A stretch of 64,000 bases of DNA from Craspedostauros australis (taxonomy: Eukaryota): contig JALAGF010000480.1 in assembly GCA_030167865.1 (NCBI GenBank), positions 1-64,000 on the forward strand, written 5' to 3'. Numbering within the stretch: position 1 is the stretch's first letter; each line of letters begins with the position of its first letter. This document shows, piece after piece, positions 58,596 through 64,000 of this stretch. Below the pieces are notes generated by a model, which was not told where the DNA came from, did no database searches, and worked only from the letters and a program-made list of their open reading frames with translations. Made by a program: the position numbers and the translations under genes.

Positions 58596-59144
58596 ATGTG
58601 GTTCCGCAAGAAGAAGCAACAGCAGCAAGGCCGCACCCCTGCACCATCGAGGCAGGGATCGTCGCAGTCACAGACCGAGGTCCTGCGCAAGCTGTCGCCA
58701 GCCACAGCTAACGCATCCACACCGAGACCTTGGGAGGAAGATGAAAACTCAGAGCTCTGCAAGAACCGCAAGAAGATCAACAAGCTCCTCAAGAAGATCG
58801 GCCGCACGGCCAAGCAGGACCTTTCGCTGGACGCGCGCGGAGCCTGCAACATCGCCTTCAAGAAGTTCCTCATCACGGTCGAAGTGCCTGAGCAGGACGC
58901 CTACATGTGCCACATGAACACGCTGGTCTTCGAGGTGCTCAACGCCAGGCACACGCGCAACCTGCAGTACATCGAGCAGGTGCAGATACCGAATGGTATC
59001 AGCGTCGGCATGAACGGCTACGAGGTCACGCTCTCCTTCTCCACGCCCATCAGCAAGCTCAATCACAAGCAGATGCTCAACTGCATGGAGACCTTCATGC
59101 AGACGGCGATGGATGTCAACGCGGCACTCGAGGGACCCAGATGA
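58596..59144 (+). CDS. CesT/Tir-chaperone-like (type III secretion class I chaperone fold) protein
   Basis: LLKKIG...LSLDARGACNIAFKKFLITVEVP...SVGMNGYEVTLSFSTPISKLNHKQMLNCMETFMQTA. Strong C/G third-position bias and a CAA-rich leader support coding status. Confidence 0.7.
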   Translation: MWFRKKKQQQQGRTPAPSRQGSSQSQTEVLRKLSPATANASTPRPWEEDENSELCKNRKKINKLLKKIGRTAKQDLSLDARGACNIAFKKFLITVEVPEQDAYMCHMNTLVFEVLNARHTRNLQYIEQVQIPNGISVGMNGYEVTLSFSTPISKLNHKQMLNCMETFMQTAMDVNAALEGPR

Positions 59145-60690
59145 TGATGACAGCGACATCACGCAACACCTCAGTCATTCAGTCCCCTTCCACAATCAAC
59201 CAACCAACCAACCATACATTCGAAAATCAATCAATCAACAGCAGTGGTGAAGGCGAACGATCATCCGGTTCAGCGGGGGACGAAGGCAGCTCTTCAAGCG
59301 CCTCGCTTCCCTTCGCTTTGCGGTCCCTGACAAGAACCGCCTCCTCACGCCGACTTCCCCCATGATCTTGAATGGGTCCCAGGCAATGGCGGTCACAGCC
59401 AGTTTCAAGTCCTGAGTCTCTGCAGGTGCCACTTCGTCGCAGCGACAAACACGAACGAAAGGCACGACAGCGGAAACGACCTCGAACAGACGGAGTGGGA
59501 AGCGCGCACGAAGCATCAATCCCATGCTTCATCATCGTCACGATCCCTCCCACGACATCCGAACAACGCTACTCTACTACTATTACATTTTTCCTATTAA
59601 TTGTACAACACTTCACGATACGAGTGCATTTGTACATCTACAAATAGACATCACAAACAACAACAATCAGCCACTCTCTAGTCTCGTGCTCGTAATATCG
59701 CGCGCGAAACCGAACATGTTCATCGTCACGTCCAGCCCCTTCACGCGCCCAAACACGGCACCTTTCCTTCGCGACATCCTCGCCACTTCGCAACGACAAC
59801 GACAAGACACCACCATTTTGCTGCATCGCACCACCAACCACTTCTGCGCAAAGTTTACAATTTCATCACCAGCGCGCTGGAACGACGCGATCGCCACTTA
59901 ACGTCAGGCGAGGCAGGCGTCCGTTGGATCACACAAATTTGTCACGGTCAAAACGAATTTTCCACGAACGCTTCCAAAACAGCGGTCACAAATTGCCGTT
60001 TGAGTGTGTGTGGAGTCGAAAGAAACAACAACGCGAAGTGCGTTGTGATGCCATGGAGAAGACTGCATGCCATCACAATCCTTCGCAATGGCACTGCCCA
60101 AGCATTCTCATCGGCGGTTCTTTTCAGATTGGAGCGCAATGGTAGTGCATGCAGACGCACGTATGTATGCATTCTGAGAGAGTTCTCAAAGCCTTCGGGC
60201 AAACGTGCGATGTGCCTCCAGGTTCAAGAACACCCAATCTTCTTGTTTTGGAGGCAATCTGATCCTCCAAGAAGATGAGGTTCTACTCCACGCCCACATG
60301 AAGGCGAGAGCTGGAATAGGAGGCGTGTGACGGAGCTGTTCCATCTGGTTCCTTGCGTGGTGCCATCAGATGCACACAAGTAGATACGTCAGTCGGTGTC
60401 AATGGGAGTGGCTGTCAATAGCATGAGAGATGAGAGTAGAGCAGTTGTTGTTGTTGTTGCTGTTGATGTCGCTACTTTCCTTCCATCAATCCATCTGACA
60501 GGCATGAATGAATGAAGATATCGCTCCATAGTACCAATACTTGCATACTGTGCGGGATACGCTGACCACAGTAATCACGTCCAATACTAATGGTATCCAT
60601 GTTGAGCCAATCCTTTGCTATTTCAGAGAAGGATGATTTGTTCCACGCCAGATTACGCTTGTCTCGCTCTTTTCCGCAACGTCCTCCACT

Positions 60691-62133
60691 CTACATGAGA
60701 TTCTGACCCCACCAGGGCGTGCGAGCTTTGGCTCGGATGCCGCCAAAGAGAATGGCATGCGCCTGCAGGCCGATGGGAGACGTGGGCACCTTGCATTGTG
60801 CAATGGCGTTGTCCATCTCATCTTCATCCACCTCGATGTCGCCCATTGTCAGTCCTGACATCGGCTGGTACAGCGTATCGCGGATGATGGGGGCGCCCAA
60901 ACTGGCGAGCTGCGCACGCACCTGATGTTTGCGTCCCGTCACGAGCCGTATCGTGACCTGGTAATGAGGCTTGTTGCCTGGATCGTACCCGTCCTCCGAC
61001 TTCTCCACGATGATGCGCTCGCATTTGACCACCTCCAGCACGCAGCGCGTCCAGAACTGCCTCGCCTTCCTCCGCGATTCCGGCGGCATGTGGCTGACGA
61101 GCTGACACGGCGGTCCTCCGGCCTTGCCGCGGGCACTTTGCGGCGACCACATCCAATGAATGTGCATGCCGGTCGGCACGGGGTTGTTGGTGACGGCGAG
61201 GTAGACCTTGCGCAGCTTGCGATCGCGCTGCAGCTCCTGGAAGACCTTCTGGCCGTTCGTGTCCTTGCTCATCACGACGCAACCGCCGACGGTGGAGTCC
61301 ACGCGGTGGCAGATCAACGGGCGGCGGATGGTGTTGCCCAGGATGTCCTCGAAGGGACCCAGCATCTCCTGCGCGCATCCGGGGCAGTTCTCGTAGTAGT
61401 TGCTGGCATCCGGTTGCGTCGGCAGCAACGGTGGCTTGTCCACGATGACGAACGTGGTGTCCTCGTACAGCAGACTCGACTTGTCCATGTCGTAGCATGC
61501 CGAAAATCGACGTGGGTTGGGGTAGATGCGCACATCGGTGCCCGCATCCAGCAGGGTCGGCGTCAGGATGCGCTTGAAGCGTTGCGTTTGCATCTTCTCG
61601 ACGTACTGGTCCAAATTGAGGCTGGAGTCCTCCTCCATCTCGCCGATCTTCCATCCCTTGGGCAGATCGCCGTACAGCTGGCGCGCCCCAAAGTCGTCGT
61701 CGTACTGCGACAGCAGATCTTCCTCGCTGAGCGTGTCGATGCGCGCCCACACGGCGCCAAGGTCGACGAGCTCATTGGCCTTCTCCAATGTCACGCCCGC
61801 GATGCTCGACACGATCTCATTCAAAGGCGTTGGCCGCGCTGGTGATAGGCCCGTGATGCAGTATTGCGATTTGATCTCGGGCATCGGCATGGGGACTTCC
61901 CCATCTTCGATCACCTCCGCCGTCACGTCTTGCGTCAAGTCCACTGCCAGGCCTTCCATCTCATTCGATTCCTGCGTCGATGTGCCGAGCATGGTGGTTG
62001 AGATGGATCCGGTTGTTCTGGATTGTCGTCGTGAACCTCGTTGCAAACGCGGCGCTGTCTGTTGCAAGACGTACGCGTCTGCACATTGCAGCAGCATGCC
62101 GACGGCAAGCACAGGAACGACACTCATCGCCAT
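60691..62133 (-). CDS. RluA/RluD-family pseudouridine synthase, probably plastid-targeted
   Basis: Motifs LLYEDTTFVIVDKPP, CHRVDSTVGG (catalytic Asp), KVYLA, LVTGRKHQVRAQLASLGAPIIRDTLY and LQAH. S4-like segment (ANELVDLGAVW); signal peptide MAMSVVPVLAVGMLLQCADA-Y. Confidence 0.9.
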   Translation of the reverse strand: MAMSVVPVLAVGMLLQCADAYVLQQTAPRLQRGSRRQSRTTGSISTTMLGTSTQESNEMEGLAVDLTQDVTAEVIEDGEVPMPMPEIKSQYCITGLSPARPTPLNEIVSSIAGVTLEKANELVDLGAVWARIDTLSEEDLLSQYDDDFGARQLYGDLPKGWKIGEMEEDSSLNLDQYVEKMQTQRFKRILTPTLLDAGTDVRIYPNPRRFSACYDMDKSSLLYEDTTFVIVDKPPLLPTQPDASNYYENCPGCAQEMLGPFEDILGNTIRRPLICHRVDSTVGGCVVMSKDTNGQKVFQELQRDRKLRKVYLAVTNNPVPTGMHIHWMWSPQSARGKAGGPPCQLVSHMPPESRRKARQFWTRCVLEVVKCERIIVEKSEDGYDPGNKPHYQVTIRLVTGRKHQVRAQLASLGAPIIRDTLYQPMSGLTMGDIEVDEDEMDNAIAQCKVPTSPIGLQAHAILFGGIRAKARTPWWGQNLM

Positions 62134-63344
62134 CGTAGGCGTGGTGTCCGTGTGGTTGTCGTGAGTGACGTTTTCGAGGTTTCGAATGTCGATGGTCTGT
62201 GTGTTGATGCCTGTGCTTGTGTGTTGATTGTACAATAGTGTAATTGGTGCCAAAAGAGTCTTCCTGCCTCTCTATTTCTCTCCCTTTCTCTGTTCGCACC
62301 TCGTATGGATGGAAGGTATCAGTATTGCGTCGGATCTGGCGCCGTCAGCTACGACTATTGATGTGATGGATGTTCGCGATGGTGATGGGTGACACAAAAC
62401 GGAGAGATTTTGCAGAAGCTGTTTGATGCGTCTTGTGTTCGATTTTGCGTGGTCGTGGCGCGCACCAGACCAATCAATCCAATTTAGTCAGATTGGTCGA
62501 CTACTTAATATTGTGGATATTGCATATTTTGCCGTGAATCCCATGATTTTCGTTCAGCGCCCTTCTTCGTTCCTCTTGGTTCTCACACGCGACGGTGGTG
62601 TTGCCGCCGACACGATTGGGTCTCAAGAGAAGGCTACCACGGAGCGAGGGACTCGATCGATACCTTCTACCGAGCACGAGAGGAGATGGGAGCCCGCGAC
62701 GGACCTGACAAAAGAAGCAGCATCGATTCCACAGAAACGGCGATCACCATCACGCGAATGGCACACAGAGAGTGCGATCACAACAACAACTCCCAAATCG
62801 CGAGAGGCGCTGCCACGACATTGATGCAGGCAACAGAAACAGAATCCAGACATATTATAGATCTTGCTCGTACTCGTGCTCGTCCTCGTAGTCGAAGTCG
62901 TGCCACACATAGAGATAGTGGTATCATATAATACTCCCCAATACTGGTAACATCACAAGCATCGACAGAGGCATCAGACCTTGTTCCGTTTCCACCACAT
63001 AATCGTAACCGCCAAAGATTGAACGATTGGCGTCTGCTCTGGAGACGCACAACAACAGCAGCATTGACATCACGGATCTTTCCGACACCAACATCTCACA
63101 AGCAACAAAGCGGCCAGATCCATCCGTCAGGACACGCAGCTGCAGAGGAGCTGCCATCGCAACCAGACGCTCGCTCTCCGTAGTCGGATTTCCCCCGCTC
63201 TGCCGAACCACCTTGGTCGCAGTCGAGGTTTTGTGAAATCCATCTCTGTCGTTTCCCATCCAGCAAGCAAGCGGATATCTCAAGTGTATTATTCTACATT
63301 TTACACATAATACACAGAATACATACCCCCAGAAGTACCGCAAT

Positions 63345-64000
63345 ATGGACGAAGGTGCTGGCCAGCGACGGCATCTGTGGCACGAGATTGCCATGAATGA
63401 CGATCTCGACCACATCCTGCGCCATGTGGAGACGTGGCCAAACGAGGCAGAATACGTCCACCTGATGGAGGGCAGCACGCCCTTGGTCAAGCTCCTCCAG
63501 GCTCGCGACCTCACCAATCACGAGCACCTGCTCAAGCAGCTCATCCAAGCTTCTCCCGGTGCATTGATGAAGCCAACCGAGAGAGGAGGCAGGCTTCCGT
63601 TGCAGGTGGCGTGCGACTGCCAAACCTCGGCGGATATCATCAGGATGGTGCTATTCGGATTCCCCCAAGCCATGCTTCCCAGCCAATTTCAGCATTCGGA
63701 TCCATTCGAGGCTCTCTGCCTGGCCCATCGACGACGGTCCGAGTATCGCGAAGGCGATGAACAACAGTTCCGGCGCAGCGTCGATGTCTTCCTCAGAGCG
63801 ATCGAAATATTTTCCCAAGACGGCGTCACGGAACGACCTCTGATTCTGCACCCCATCGCATGCATGGGATACACGTGTCCGCCAGATGTGGTCGAGACTC
63901 TCGTGCTCAGATTCCCCCAGGATCTCACCACCTTGAATGACGACAATGAACGCCCTTTGGACATTGCGAGACAGATCTCCCGCACCATGATCGCGGGCTC
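63345..64000 (+). CDS. Ankyrin-repeat-like protein (5' part, runs off the window end)
   Basis: Not in the ORF track. The frame from ATG 63345 is open to the end: ...EGSTPLVKLL...LIQASPGALMKPTERGGRLPLQVAC...IIRMVLFGFPQA...VVETLVLRFPQDLTTLNDDNERPLDIA, typical of degenerate diatom ankyrin repeats. Confidence 0.75.
   Translation, partial: MDEGAGQRRHLWHEIAMNDDLDHILRHVETWPNEAEYVHLMEGSTPLVKLLQARDLTNHEHLLKQLIQASPGALMKPTERGGRLPLQVACDCQTSADIIRMVLFGFPQAMLPSQFQHSDPFEALCLAHRRRSEYREGDEQQFRRSVDVFLRAIEIFSQDGVTERPLILHPIACMGYTCPPDVVETLVLRFPQDLTTLNDDNERPLDIARQISRTMIAG

Noticed and set aside
59142-59150. Triple TGA at the end of the CesT-like ORF, considered as possible selenocysteine readthrough
   Set aside because: It is part of a short (ATG/TGA)n repeat at the natural end of the domain. 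I saw no SECIS-like hairpin or conserved downstream coding sequence.
10902-62133. Apparent cluster of RNA and translation genes (Pus3, eEF1A MTase, SmpB, NOL8-like, RluA)
   Set aside because: They are scattered among unrelated genes and act in different compartments, which is consistent with chance.

Overview
Gene-dense eukaryotic nuclear DNA, almost certainly from a diatom. The evidence is GT-AG introns, an Lhcf fucoxanthin-chlorophyll protein, bipartite plastid presequences, a nucleus-encoded SmpB and diatom-type HSFs. About 19 protein-coding genes can be built by hand, several with phase-consistent intron chains: ABCC transporter (5' part), Lhcf, FBPase, a 5-exon PDZ-like protein, Pus3/TruA, an orphan membrane protein, an SLC35A sugar-nucleotide transporter, glutamate-cysteine ligase, two paralogous HSFs, a methyltransferase, a fused OHCU decarboxylase-HIU hydrolase, a membrane-anchored atypical kinase, a Pro/Ser-rich protein, a plastid hypothetical protein, a trithorax-like SET protein, SmpB, a NOL8-like protein, a CesT-like protein, an RluA-family enzyme and an ankyrin-like gene (5' part). 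The best novelty candidate is 27097-28599: a METTL13-N-type eEF1A lysine methyltransferase fused to an eEF1B-like GEF domain that lacks the terminal catalytic Lys motif. Other points of interest are a ~230-aa insertion with an SH3-like module inside glutamate-cysteine ligase, a T3SS-chaperone-like protein, and recurrent TGACGTCA palindromes upstream of genes. I saw no rRNA, tRNA, CRISPR array or convincing mobile element. All family calls come from motif recognition by eye, not from database searches.
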